Below are positions 42,294 through 55,673 of a DNA stretch of 59,594 bases, piece after piece; position 1 is the first letter of the stretch; each line of letters begins with the position of its first letter. The notes beneath the pieces are model-generated. The model was not told the origin of the DNA. It did no database searches and worked only from the letters and a program-made list of their open reading frames with translations. The DNA comes from Mizuhopecten yessoensis. Lineage: Eukaryota. The stretch spans positions 946,891-1,006,484 of the forward strand of contig NW_018404125.1 in the NCBI RefSeq assembly GCF_002113885.1, read 5' to 3'. The position numbers and the translations under genes were made by a program.

Positions 42294-43060
42294 CCAAACG
42301 TACACAAGTAAGGGGGTGGGGCACTCCCCAAACGTAGACAAGTAAAGGGGTGGGGCACTCCCCAAACATACACAAGTAAGGGGGTGGGGCACCCCCCAAT
42401 TATACACAAGTAAGGGGGTGTTGCACTCCCCAAACGTACACAAGTAAGTGGGTGGGGCACTCCCCAAACATAAACAAGTAAGGGAGTTGTGCACTCCCCA
42501 AACGTACACAAGTTAGGGGGTGGCGCACTCCCCAAACTATACAAGAGGGATCACTTCGCAAAAGTAAATAAGGGGGATGGGGTACTCCCCAAACGTACAC
42601 AAGTTAGGGGGTGGGGCACTCCCCAAACATACACAAGTAAGGGGGTGGCGCACTCCCCAATTATACACAAGTAAGGGGGTGTTGCACTCCCCAAACGTAC
42701 ACAAGTAAGGGGGGGGGGCACTCCCCAAACGTACACAAGGTAGGGGGTGGGGCACTCCCCAAACATAAACAAGTAAGGGAGTTGTGCACTCCCCAAACGT
42801 ACACAAGTTAGGGGGTGGCGCACTCCCCAAACTATACAAGAGGGATCACTTCCCAAAAGTAAATAAGGGGGATGGGGTACTCCCCAAACGTACACAAGTT
42901 AGGGGGTGGGGCACTCCCCAAACGTAGACAAGTAACGGGGTGGGGCACTCCCCAAACGTACACAAGTAAGGGGGTGGGGCACTCCCCAAACTATACAAGA
43001 GGGATCACTTCCCAAAAGTAAATAAGGGGGATGGGGTACTCCCCAAACGTACACAAGAGG
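42294..43060. repeat. ~34-bp G/C-tract repeat with ~295-bp higher-order structure
   Basis: Unit gcactccccaaacgtacacaagtaagggggtggg; variant gagggatcactt recurs at ~42545, 42840, 42999. Confidence 0.93.
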
Positions 43061-43810
43061 GTGTCATTGCCCAATAGTACACAACCGAGACCATTCCACA
43101 AAGATCTTAATGTTCTGGAAAGCTACATGCCAAAATAAATAACTTACTATCTAATTGGGGGTTAGACACTCCTGAGATGTTATAAATATTGTTAATACAG
43201 AATAGTGGGTTTAGAAAATGTCTGTCAACTTCACATTAAGAAGCCAATCACTATCAGGGATGAATTTTGAGAGGCCTGGTCCCCGAGAGCTGACATCACC
43301 CAGAAGTTTGTTGGTGAAACACTAGCCTGCGTACACTACTGGTATTGATTCCTGGATTAATGCTGCTTTATATGTACTGCTACATCACAAAATATTTGGT
43401 TCCTGGCCAAGTCTCAACCAAATTCTGACCCGTTCTGTAAAATAAGGTTCAACCGCTAAATTGTCACTCCAGACCAAACTTAATATAGATCCTGTTTGCC
43501 TCTGTAACCACACCTAATAATGATACAGCTCCTGTCTGTAAAGTCCAACCATATATAACTGCCAACCACACCTTATACAAACTTCTTTTATTTAGCATGG
43601 TTTTACCAATGAAATATTGGTGCATTAAAATGAATATAGACATTGCCTAATTAGTTGTTTCTACCATAAAAACATCACTCTAAGCTCAACTCAATACCAT
43701 CCAAGTTTTGGTTCATTCACTAAAACCTGACTACTGTAGAGTCCTGCCACCAATGACTATCCTGATGCTGACCAATGATTACCATTCCATAGGATCCCAA
43801 CCCTAGACAA

Positions 43811-45440
43811 TAACCTGACCCAGGCTCTCACTACCGGTGTGTAGTTTATATCTAAGCTAACTAATAGGTATTATAACCTGACCCAGGCTCTCACTACCTG
43901 TGTGTAGTTTATATCTAAGCTAACTAATAGGTATTATAACCTGACCCAGGCTCTCACTACCTGTGTGTAGTTTATATCTAAGCTAACTAATAGGTATTAT
44001 AACCTGACCCAGGCTCTCACTACCTGTGTGTAGTTTATATCTAAGCTAACTAATAGGTATTATAACCTGACCCAGGCTCTCACTACCTGTGTGTAGTTTA
44101 TATCTAAGCTAACTAATAGGTATTATAACCTGACCCAGGCTCTCACTACCTGTGTGTAGTTTATATCTAAGCTAACTAATAGGTATTATAACCTGACCCA
44201 GGCTCTCACTACCTGTGTGTAGTTTATATCTAAGCTAACTAATAGGTATTATAACCTGACCCAGGCTCTCACTACCTGTGTGTAGTTTATATCTAAGCTA
44301 ACTAATAGGTATTATAACCTGACCCAGGCTCTCACTACCTGTGTGTAGTTTATATCTAAGCTAACTAATAGGTATTATAACCTGACCCAGGCTCTCACTA
44401 CCTGTGTGTAGTTTATATCTAAGCTAACTAATAGGTATTATAACCTGACCCAGGCTCTCACTACCTGTGTGTAGTTTATATCTAAGCTAACTAATAGGTA
44501 TTATAACCTGACCCAGGCTCTCACTACCTGTGTGTAGTTTATATCTAAGCTAACTAATAGGTATTATAACCTGACCCAGGCTCTCACTACCTGTGTGTAG
44601 TTTATATCTAAGCTAACTAATAGGTATTATAACCTGACCCAGGCTCTCACTACCTGTGTGTAGTTTATATCTAAGCTAACTAATAGGTATTATAACCTGA
44701 CCCAGGCTCTCACTACCTGTGTGTAGTTTATATCTAAGCTAACTAATAGGTATTATAACCTGACCCAGGCTCTCACTACCTGTGTGTAGTTTATATCTAA
44801 GCTAACTAATAGGTATTATAACCTGACCCAGGCTCTCACTACCTGTGTGTAGTTTATATCTAAGCTAACTAATAGGTATTATAACCTGACCCAGGCTCTC
44901 ACTACCTGTGTGTAGTTTATATCTAAGCTAACTAATAGGTATTATAACCTGACCCAGGCTCTCACTACCTGTGTGTAGTTTATATCTAAGCTAACTAATA
45001 GGTATTATAACCTGACCCAGGCTCTCACTACCTGTGTGTAGTTTATATCTAAGCTAACTAATAGGTATTATAACCTGACCCAGGCTCTCACTACCTGTGT
45101 GTAGTTTATATCTAAGCTAACTAATAGGTATTATAACCTGACCCAGGCTCTCACTACCTGTGTGTAGTTTATATCTAAGCTAACTAATAGGTATTATAAC
45201 CTGACCCAGGCTCTCACTACCTGTGTGTAGTTTATATCTAAGCTAACTAATAGGTATTATAACCTGACCCAGGCTCTCACTACCTGTGTGTAGTTTATAT
45301 CTAAGCTAACTAATAGGTATTATAACCTGACCCAGGCTCTCACTACCTGTGTGTAGTTTATATCTAAGCTAACTAATAGGTATTATAACCTGACCCAGGC
45401 TCTCACTACCTGTGTGTAGTTTATATCTAAGCTAACTAAT
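43811..45440. repeat. 63-bp tandem repeat, ~26 near-identical copies (unrelated to the 28-kb array)
   Basis: Unit taacctgacccaggctctcactacctgtgtgtagtttatatctaagctaactaataggtatta. Confidence 0.97.
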
Positions 45441-47270
45441 TATAATGTGCAGAACACTGAACAACTCATTTTGATAAGAACCTAGTTTCTTGATGAGACT
45501 ATTCACAAGGACAATTGCTTTGAACGCAATTTATTCTCATTACATCAAAAATGTACCTTTTATTACAAAAATGTCATAATTTTACAAATCAAATATGGCT
45601 CTTCAAGGCAACTAATTAATGGCATCAAAGTGCTCCATGTAATTTGTGAGGTATGTAATAACTATATGAATATATATATTAACAAGCTAATAAGCCCTGA
45701 TATAATTCTCCGACAGATATAACTATGTTATGTTCATATTTTGTCCTCCATCCACTCATTTAGTATAAAACGTAAATAATTGGACAATAAACAATGACTC
45801 ACTAATAACCAATTTGGCAGAACGACTCTGAAAATCATTATTACCCGAGAGAACTGCAGCAATGGTGAACGGTACGGTCACACATGTGTGGTGTCTGGCT
45901 GGTGTGAGTTTGGTTACATGAACTTTCACACTAAAACGTAAGTCGTAGACACTGGGGTGTGCCCTACACTGCAGCAAACTCAGTTGCTGCAGTCACATTA
46001 TACATGGCGACTGAATTCTTCAAATTGTTTAAAAAACACAAAAGCACTCTCTTTACGCATGAAAATAAAAAATGTCTTCCTCCACTTTCATGGATCTTTA
46101 TAAAAAATTATAAAAAAATTATAGTCTGGGAGTGATTAGATCATATAATAAATTTTGCGGGCTATAAGCCAAGGTGATTATAAAACATAAGGAACTTCAA
46201 GGAAGGGCCTCCTGTTAACCTCCATCTTACAATTTCTATTCCATTAGATCTACATCCTATGATAGGGTTTATAGTACAATATCCATCTTCTCTTAAATTT
46301 CATCAATGAAATTCTTACCATAATGACCTGACAATTTTCTTTGTTATTACTCTTGATCAAATCTCTTAGACTGTAAACTATTTACTGAGACATATGATCT
46401 TAGACCAGACGACACACCATTTTTGGGTAGCTAAAGAAGCGTGTCTAACACATATACAAATATGGTCGTACAAAATACAAACCTAATTCACAGGAGCTAT
46501 TGGATGATTACTGAAATTCCTCAGAGTTTTAAAAATCCAAAATCACACTTACACTTCCAATTTTTTAAAGGAAATCCTGAGAAACTCTGTTTTTGTACAC
46601 ACCCTTTTAGCTGTTGTAGCCTCCCTGTGTCAGACAGTGATATAGCGAGGAGCGTTCCCAATACTCCACACAGCACTCCTCAACTCTAAAGTCTGGGAAA
46701 TTTTCTAAATGGTTATGTTGAAGGCAATGATACAGCCGGCCACTAGCACTAGACACACCACAGTGACCAAGCTTGGTGTAGTGTGAGCGACTCCTCAGTG
46801 GTGTAGGTGGTGTCTCAAGATCAGGATAAATCTCACTTATATTTGGGTCAATGTAAACTACTTTATGTATGTATAGGGTGGTGTGTATACCCTACAAGGA
46901 GATGCTTGACAGACCCCTGTTTACATGGTAATAATGTTATACAGTAATCCCGATGGGGGACACACAAGTCTGGCTATTGATACATAACATTGTCCAACAC
47001 TAAGTCTGCTTACATGTCGCTCTACAATAAATGATAGGGAAAGTGGATTTGTTAAAAAGCCTAATAGGGTGTAAGATTGTGAGATTAAAACAGACAAGTG
47101 GAGATACCTTGAAAAACAAATGTTCACCTGTAGTCATTATCTATGTAGGATACTACAGGGGACAGTTAAACAAGAGGACACTGCTTTATAGGTGGAAAGT
47201 TTAGTGTACAGTTGGAGTGCAGGGGCGTGGTAGTATATAAGTGTTTGTGCAGGGCTGAAATCAAAACTGT

Positions 47271-47587
47271 AAAAGGAAGGGCATAATCTCTAAAGGGTGA
47301 TGTTACAAAGGAAGGGCATAATCTCTAAAGGGTGATGTTATAAAGGAAGGGCATAATCTCTAAAGGGTGATGTTATAAAGGAAGGGCATAATCTCTAAAG
47401 GGTGATGTTATAAAGGAAGGGCATAATCTCTAAAGGGTGATGTTATAAAGGAAGGGCATAATCTCTAAAGGGTGATGTTATAAAGGAAGGGCATAATCTC
47501 TAAAGGGTGATGTTATAAAGGAAGGGCATAATCTCTAAAGGGTGATGTTATAAAGGAAGGGCATAATCTCTAAAGGGTGATGTTATA
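47271..47587. repeat. 35-bp minisatellite, 9 copies
   Basis: Unit aaaggaagggcataatctctaaagggtgatgttat. Confidence 0.96.
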
Positions 47588-48123
47588 ACTCATATTTTGT
47601 TATTTTTGATATAAAAAACAAGGAAGGTGGAGGTTGGGGGACGGTGGTGCGGGTGAGGGTGGGGGACACGGTGCAGGGTGGGGGATGTAGAACCCTGGTC
47701 TATGACTCCTCCATAGTACATCTAGGTGGGCTAACAGAAATATGTGATGACCTTCTCCATTGTAGTAAAAGTATAGAATTTGGGCTGTGTCTAATAGTGT
47801 GTTTACATTTGTTTTAATTTCATAATTTCAGGTTACGGTAGATTTACAGAATACAGTCATCAGTGCAATGGTCAAGAAGCATGGGTGATAACTATTGCAC
47901 TCTACATGTCCACCACCTCCAGACACTCCAGTGTCATCACGAGATACAAACAATGACCAGTATGTCATGATGGGTAAAAACCACTTAGGAAATTAAGGAC
48001 CTTGAGAGGTAATTGTGACATGTCATTATGAAGTATACATGTATCATCACTTGAGCCTTTACCATTCATCGTAAGGCGTGTATCTGTGATAATCCAGTAC
48101 ACTGTAGTGTTATACAATGCTAC

Positions 48124-48303
48124 AACATAAATCTGTGGTACACTTGTACATGTGGTGTAACATAAATCTGTGGTACACTTGTACATGTGGTGTAACATAA
48201 ATCTGTGGTACACTTGTACATGTGGTGTAACATAAATCTGTGGTACACTCGTACATGTGGTGTAACATAAATCTGTGGTACACTCGTACATGTGGTGTAA
48301 CAT
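48124..48303. repeat. 35-bp minisatellite, 5 copies
   Basis: Unit aacataaatctgtggtacacttgtacatgtggtgt. Confidence 0.95.
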
Positions 48304-49344
48304 GAATCCCACTAACAATACTCTAAACCACTGACAGGTGTGAAGGGCCACTTGCACCTGAACGATGGCGGAGTGTCATCATATGGCAGAGGTGCTATTG
48401 TCAAACAAGTGATTATGGGTGGTTATGCTTTGACAGGGGTAAACAAGGCCACCCTTTTACCTCCCCATCACTAGGATATCCTTACCATGTTCTACATACC
48501 ACAAAGTCAGTGAGTCAGACATTTATCCATTATCACATGATAACGTTTGGTCAGATATCTGTTTATACTCAATAGAAAATAAGTTTTTAAAAAAACATGT
48601 CTTGTCTACCTCTTTCCTACCTTTTTCTTGATTCAGAAGGGTAACTATTGGGACACATTAAATCTGTCTTTGTGTATTTAGAGACTTGTGTGCTGGCTAA
48701 ATATATGTTTATATATCTGACGTTAGAATGAAACCATCTCCTCAGAACAAAACATCAGAAATGAGTGTCTGTGCAATGAATATGACAGCTTGTGTGAGAA
48801 AAACTGAATGGCTACCATCAACAATAATAACATGGCTATAAGTAAACACCTCCTAAAGTACATATACAATATACACAATATAGTTATATTTATGAATCAT
48901 GTTAAAACAGCCGACACAAGGTCTTTGTACCTTGCTGTAATATTGATATACACATGTAGATAAGAGAAGTAAAGAAGACAAGAACATGACTAGAATTTGT
49001 TTGTTTTCTTACCAACCGCATCAGTGAGTACGGAATCCTATACAAAAGGGGAAGGTCAAAAGGTCAAGGTGTAAGCAATACCTTTTCTGTGTGGAGATGG
49101 CCCACAGGGTAGGTATAAACCTGTAGGTATTAGTGTTACAGTAGATCAGTCTTGCCACCTTTCTATATCTCTGTTGACAGCATACCTACCTATGAGTTAT
49201 GTCTTAGCAGTGTTTCATCTTCCGCCTCAAAAGATTATAAAATTGTGGGGTGGGGTATACATAGTGAATCTCCAGTAAATTTACGATGACAATATCGTTG
49301 AGTATTGTTTAGACGTTTTTTCAGCAGGATGGGGAGATGAACTT

Positions 49345-50327
49345 TTGGTTGGATCTGTCACAGACTCAAGCTGTAAACATGTCACAGACTCAAGTTGTAA
49401 ACATGTCACCGACTCAAGTTGTANNNNNNNNNNNNNNNNNNNNNNNNNNNNNNNNNNNNNNNNNNNNNNNNNNNNNNNNNNNNNNNNNNNNNNNNNNNNN
49501 NNNNNNNNNNNNNNNNNNNNNNNNNNNNNNNNNNNNNNNNNNNNNNNNNNNNNNNNNNNNNNNNNNNNNNNNNNNNNNNNNNNNNNNNNNNNNNNNNNNN
49601 NNNNNNNNNNNNNNNNNNNNNNNNNNNNNNNNNNNNNNNNNNNNNNNNNNNNNNNNNNNNNNNNNNNNNNNNNNNNNNNNNNNNNNNNNNNNNNNNNNNN
49701 NNNNNNNNNNNNNNNNNNNNNNNNNNNNNNNNNNNNNNNNNNNNNNNNNNNNNNNNNNNNNNNNNNNNNNNNNNNNNNNNNNNNNNNNNNNNNNNNNNNN
49801 NNNNNNNNNNNNNNNNNNNNNNNNNNNNNNNNNNNNNNNNNNNNNNNNNNNNNNNNNNNNNNNNNNNNNNNNNNNNNNNNNNNNNNNNNNNNNNNNNNNN
49901 NNNNNNNNNNNNNNNNNNNNNNNNNNNNNNNNNNNNNNNNNNNNNNNNNNNNNNNNNNNNNNNNNNNNNNNNNNNNNNNNNNNNNNNNNNNNNNNNNNNN
50001 NNNNNNNNNNNNNNNNNNNNNNNNNNNNNNNNNNNNNNNNNNNNNNNNNNNNNNNNNNNNNNNNNNNNNNNNNNNNNNNNNNNNNNNNNNNNNNNNNNNN
50101 NNNNNNNNNNNNNNNNNNNNNNNNNNNNNNNNNNNNNNNNNNTGTCACAGACTCAAGTTGTAAACATTTTAGCTGGTGCTTTGGTTGGATCTGTCACAGA
50201 CTCAAGTTGTAAACATTTTAGCTGGTGCTTTGGTTGGATCTGTCACAGACTCAAGTTGTAAACATTTTAGCTGGTGCTTTGGTTGGATCTGTCACAGACT
50301 CAAGTTGTAAACATTTTAGCTGGTGCT
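49345..50327. repeat. 24/49-bp tandem array spanning an assembly gap (N 49424-50142)
   Basis: Left: 24-bp gtcacagactcaagttgtaaacat. Right: the same core plus tttagctggtgctttggttggatct (49 bp). Confidence 0.88.
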
Positions 50328-50859
50328 AAGGACAGCTAACTTGTCTCTGAGGTATGTCTACCTTAAAATGCCCATCAACAATTGGTAAGCTTCACCTTTT
50401 TATTGTTTTACTTTTTATGTTTTGACCCAAAATAAAATTTAAGAAGAACATTAGTGTCTGTGGTATTATTCCTTCAATCTTACTGACATGTATAGGTCAA
50501 CACACTAACAGAAGAAAAGGTCACCATATGACCTTGAACATCAGGGTTGGTGAACAGCTTGAGATTGAAGGTCAGCTGGGAGGTTGCTCCTCTCATATTC
50601 TACTATAGAAATTGGAGTCCTAAGGACTTGACAATGAGTACATACACTTATGTCATTACAATTTCATCTTAGCAGGAAGACCTGCTTAAGGCAGTCAGTA
50701 TAATGTGTCAATTATGTCAGCATGTCGATGAAAAAACAAAATAATTCTGTTATGAAAACTGATAACCTGTTTCCCCTCTAATGCTATTTGATACCCTGTT
50801 ACCCCTGATGTGTGACCTGATACTCTGTTTCTTGTTATATTTCTTGATCCGCTTTTTCC

Positions 50860-52785
50860 CTGGTATATTACCCTATACCCTATTTCCCTGGTATATTACC
50901 CTATACCCTATTTCCCCATTTGTGTTACCCAATACCCTGTTTGTCCCCATTTTCCCTGGTAGGTTACTCAAAACCCTGATTTCTCTTTACATTACCCAAT
51001 ACCCTGTGTCCCCTGTTACATTACCTGACACACTGACTCCCCTTTACATTACCCAATACCCTGTGTCCCCTTTTACATTACCTGATACCCTGACTTCCCT
51101 TTACATTACCCTATACCCTGTGTCCCCTGTTACATTACCTGATTCCCTGACTCCCCTTTACATTACCCAATTCCCTGTGTCCCCTGTTACATTACCTGAT
51201 ACCCTGCCTCCCCTTTACATTACCTAATACCCTGTGCCCCCTGTTCCATTACCTGACACCCTGACTCCCCTTTACATTCCCCAATACCCAATATGTCCCC
51301 TGTTACATTACCTGACCCCCTGACTCCCCTTTACATTACCCAATACCTTTTGTCCCCTGTTACATTACCTGATACCCTTACTCCCCTTTACATTACCTAA
51401 TACCCTGTGTCCCCTGTTACATTACCTGACAACCTGACTCCCCTTTCCATTACCCAATACCCTGTGTCCCCTGTTACATTACCTGCCCCCATGACTCCCC
51501 TTTCCATTACCCAATACTCTGTGTCCCCTGTTACATTACCTGACACCCTGACTCCCTTTCCATTACCCAATACCCTGTGTCCCCTGTTACATTACCTGAT
51601 ACCCTGACTCCCCTTCACATTACCTAATACCCTGTGTCCCCTGTTACATTACCTGACAACCTGACTCCCCTTTCCATTACCCAATACCCTGTTGCCCCTC
51701 TTACATTACCTGATACCCTGACTCCCCTTTACATTACCCAATACCTTTTGTCCCCTGTTACATTACCTGATACCCTGACTCCCCTTCACATTACCTAATA
51801 CCCTGTGTCCCCTGTTACATTACCTGATTCCCTGACTCCCCTTTACATTACCCAATTCCCTGTGTCCCCTGTTACATTACCTGATACCCTGCCTCCCCTT
51901 TACATTACCTAATACCCTGTGCCCCCTGTTCCATTACCTGACACCCTGACTCCCCTTTACATTACCCAATACCCAATATCTCCCCTGTTACATTACCTGA
52001 TACCCTGACTCCCCTTTTCATTACCTAATACCCTGTGTCCCCTGTTACATTACATGACACCCTGACTCCCCTTTACATTACCCAATACCCAATATGCCCC
52101 CTGTTACATTACCTGATACCCTGACTCCCCTTTTCATTACCTAATACCCTGTGTCCCCTGTTACATTACCTGATACCCGGACTCCCCTTTACATTACCCA
52201 ATACCCAATATCTCCCCTGTTACATTCCCAGATACCCTGACTCCCCTTTCCATTACCCAATACTCTGTGTCCCCTGTTACATTACCTGACACCCTGACTC
52301 CCTTTCCATTACCCAATACCCTGTGTCCCCTGTTACATTACCTGATACCCGGACTCCCCTTTACATTACCCAATACCCAATATCTCCCCTGTTACATTCC
52401 CAGATACCCTGACTCCCCTTTCCATTACCCAATACTCTGTGTCCCCTGTTACATTACCTGACACCCTGACTCCCCTTTACATTCCCCAATACCCAATATG
52501 TCCCCTGTTACATTACCTGATACCCTGACTCCCCTTTACATTACCCAATACCTTTTGTCCCCTGTTACATTACCTGATACCCTGACTCCCCTTTACATTA
52601 CCCAATACACTGTGTCCCCTGTTACATTACCTGATACCCTGACTCCCCTTTACATTACCTAATACACTGTGTCCCCTGTTACATTACCTGATACCCTGAC
52701 TCCCCTTTACATTACCCAATACCCTGTGTCCCCTATTACATTACCCAATACCCTGTGTCCTCTGTTACATTACCCAATACCCTTT
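50860..52785. repeat. 57-bp dimeric repeat (29+28-bp related subunits), ~32 copies
   Basis: acattacccaataccctgtgtcccctgtt alternating with acattacctgataccctgactccccttt. Confidence 0.95.
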
Positions 52786-53538
52786 GCCCCATTATGTTAT
52801 GAAATACCCTCAGTATTACATCACTTTAACCCAAACTTATCTATTCATATGATAAATTTGATATACGCCCACACTATAAAATCTTGCCCATTCAAATATC
52901 ACAGCTTTATGTTACACAATGGGTACTGAGATAATATATTCTAGGTCACGTGATGTTAGGGTGAAAGGTCAGCCATTATAGGTATAGGAGGTGACCCACA
53001 TTCGTTTGTTATCACAATGACAGTCATGTGCATACATTACAATGTATAAATACTAAGTTATGACCACATAAACATTGACATATGTTACAAACATCACTAA
53101 TTACTACATTGGTTGACAGATTTCAGGTCACTTCCAACTAGTAAAATAAAACAATGTCTCATGGTCAAAAGTATATATTGAGGTCAAAAATTCAAGGTCA
53201 AATATTTCTGTTTAACAATGTGACCTTTGTGAACCTTTCTAATCTGGCCTCTATGTTAGACATGGCAGTGCTTCAATGATTTAAATCTTACTCTGTCCTA
53301 CAGTGAGAACAAAGATTCAGAACCTACAAAAAAGTAGATTAAAATTAACCAATACAAGGACTAAAACTCAATCAGAACATTAATACACGATTGGAGAAAC
53401 TCTGTAAGAATCCATTTTAAATAGGTTGGTGAGGCATGGTAAGTAGAAAGTTCACTCCACCCTGTCAGTAATGCTACTACATAAGTCATTTGTCTTTGAT
53501 AAACATCCTGTCCTCCATCAATAACTGAGTAGAACAAT

Positions 53539-55090
53539 CCACCCAGCAGGTACCCAACCGATAAACCAGTAAAGGCCACATCCTTATAGGGCCCCGCAAA
53601 ATACCTAACCTCTATACAGAGAGGCACATTACCCAGCAGGTACCCTACCGATAAACCAGTAAAGGCCACATCCTTATAGGGCCCCGCAAAATACCTAACC
53701 TCTATACAGAGAGGCATGCCAACCACCAGGTACCCTACCGATAAATCAGTAAAGGCCACATCCTTATAGGGCCTGGCAAAATACCTAACCTCTATACAGA
53801 GAGGCATGCCACCAACCAGGTACCCTACAGATAAACCAGTAAAGGCCACATCCTTATAGGGCCTCGCAAAATACCTAAACCCTATACAGAGAGGCATGCC
53901 ACCAACTAGGTACCCTACCGATAAACAAGTAAAGGCCACATCCTTATAGGGCCCCGCAAAATACCTAACCTCTATACAGAGAGGAATGCCACCAACCAGG
54001 TACCCTACCGATAAATATGTAAAGGCCACATCCTTATAGGGCCCCGCAAAATTCCTAACCTCTATACAGAGAGGCATGCCACCAATCAGGTACCCTACCG
54101 ATAAACCAGTAAAGGCGACATCCTTATAAACCAGTAAAGGCCACATCCTTATAGTGCCCCGCAAAATACCTAACTTCTATACAGATAGGCATGCCACCAA
54201 CCAGGTACCCTACCGATAAACCAGTAAAGGCCACATCCTTATAGTGCCATGCAAAATACCTAACCTCTATACAGAGAGGCACATCACCAAGCAGGTACCC
54301 TACAGATAAACCAGTAAAGGCCACATCCTTACAAGGCCCCGCAAAATACCTAACTTCTATACAGAGAGGCATGCCACCAACCAGGTACCCTACCGATAAA
54401 CCAGTAAAGGCCACATCCTTATAGTGCCCCGCAAAATACCTAACCTCTATACAGAGAGGCACATCACCCAGCAGGTACCCTATCGATAAACCAGTAAAGG
54501 CCATATCCTTACAGGGCCCCGCAAAATACCTAACTTCTATACAGAGAGGCATGCTACCAACCGGGTACCCTACCAATAAATCAGTAAAGGCTACATCCTT
54601 ATAGGGCCCCGCAAAATACCTAACTCCTATACAGAGAGGCATGCCGCCAACCAGGTACCCTACCGATATACCAGTAAAGGCCACATCCTTATAGGGCCCC
54701 GCAAAATACCCAACTTCTATACAGAGAGGCATGCCACCAACCAGGTACCCTACCGATAAATCAGTAAAGGCCACATCCTTATAGGGCCCCGAAAAATTCC
54801 TAACTTCTATACAGAGAGGCATGCCACCAACCAGGTACCCTACCGATATACCAGTAAAGGCCACATCCTTATAGGGCCCCGCAAAATACCTAGCTTCTAT
54901 ACAGAGAGGCATGCCACCAACCGGGTACCCTACCAATAAATCAGTAAAGGCTACATCCTTATAGGGCCCCGCAAAATACCTAACTTCTATACAGAGAGGC
55001 ATGCCACCAACCAGGTACCCTACCGATAAATCAGTAAAGACCACATCCTTTTAGGGCCCTGCAAAATACCTAACCTCTATACAGAGAGGC
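53539..55090. repeat. 90-bp tandem repeat, ~17 diverged copies
   Basis: Unit ccaccaaccaggtaccctaccgataaaccagtaaaggccacatccttatagggccccgcaaaatacctaacctctatacagagaggcatg; 25-bp partial duplication at ~54102-54151. Confidence 0.96.
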
Positions 55091-55508
55091 TTGGCAAGTG
55101 ACAGTTTGAATTATGGTAGAACTCCGCTACATGAATTACCTCTTATTTTCTTCACTCTATACAAAGTTGTTTATCTTGTCTTTCCTATCAGCATGTGCAC
55201 TACTAGTGATGTAAATATAGATTGTAAATATACAAGCTGAGATATATATACGAAAATGGTGATACAAATGTCTCTAATGCACAAACCAGTAATCTAAAGG
55301 AATTTAACTGATCTAACCAAATCTACAGTAATAAAACCGTGTGAAACTTTCTTAAATCATGCCTTCATGTTTTCTCTGGACCAAGTACCAGTGTTTTGGT
55401 CACCAAATGTTCCCGACATCAGATTATAAAGTTATACGATGTGACCAGTCAAAGACCTTTAAATTGTTTGCAATATGTGAACGCAAAAGTCGCTTGAGGT
55501 GACAATAC

Positions 55509-55673
55509 CTGGCTGTCGAAAGAGAAGTCCCCAAGCAGGTCCCCACTTGTGGTTCCCTTCATGTCGATGGTGGGGCTGGCTGAGAAAGGATCAAAATCAT
55601 CCGTCTGCTGAACTGTTCCATTGGCTGCAGGGGTCGATTCCCCAAAGTCGAGGAGGGCATCAAATTGTGACAT
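55509..55673 (-). CDS. First coding exon (55 codons, MSQFDALLDFGES...DDFDPF...DLLGDFSFDSQ) of the minus-strand gene; the exon starts at 55711 with 5'UTR
   Basis: Acceptor ctgtcttctgtcattgcag|55711; in-frame TGA upstream of ATG 55673; donor CAG|gtattg in phase 0 matches the 36433 acceptor; protein-like sequence. Confidence 0.8.

Noticed and set aside
50781-52929. Pro/Thr/Leu-rich mucin-like ORFs
   Set aside because: Fragments of the 57-bp repeat, repeatedly broken by stops and indels
55629-55673. Paxillin LD1-like start (MSQFDALLDFGES vs MDDLDALLADLES)
   Set aside because: Does not fit the LDxLLxxL consensus and no LIM domains are visible, so no gene symbol was assigned
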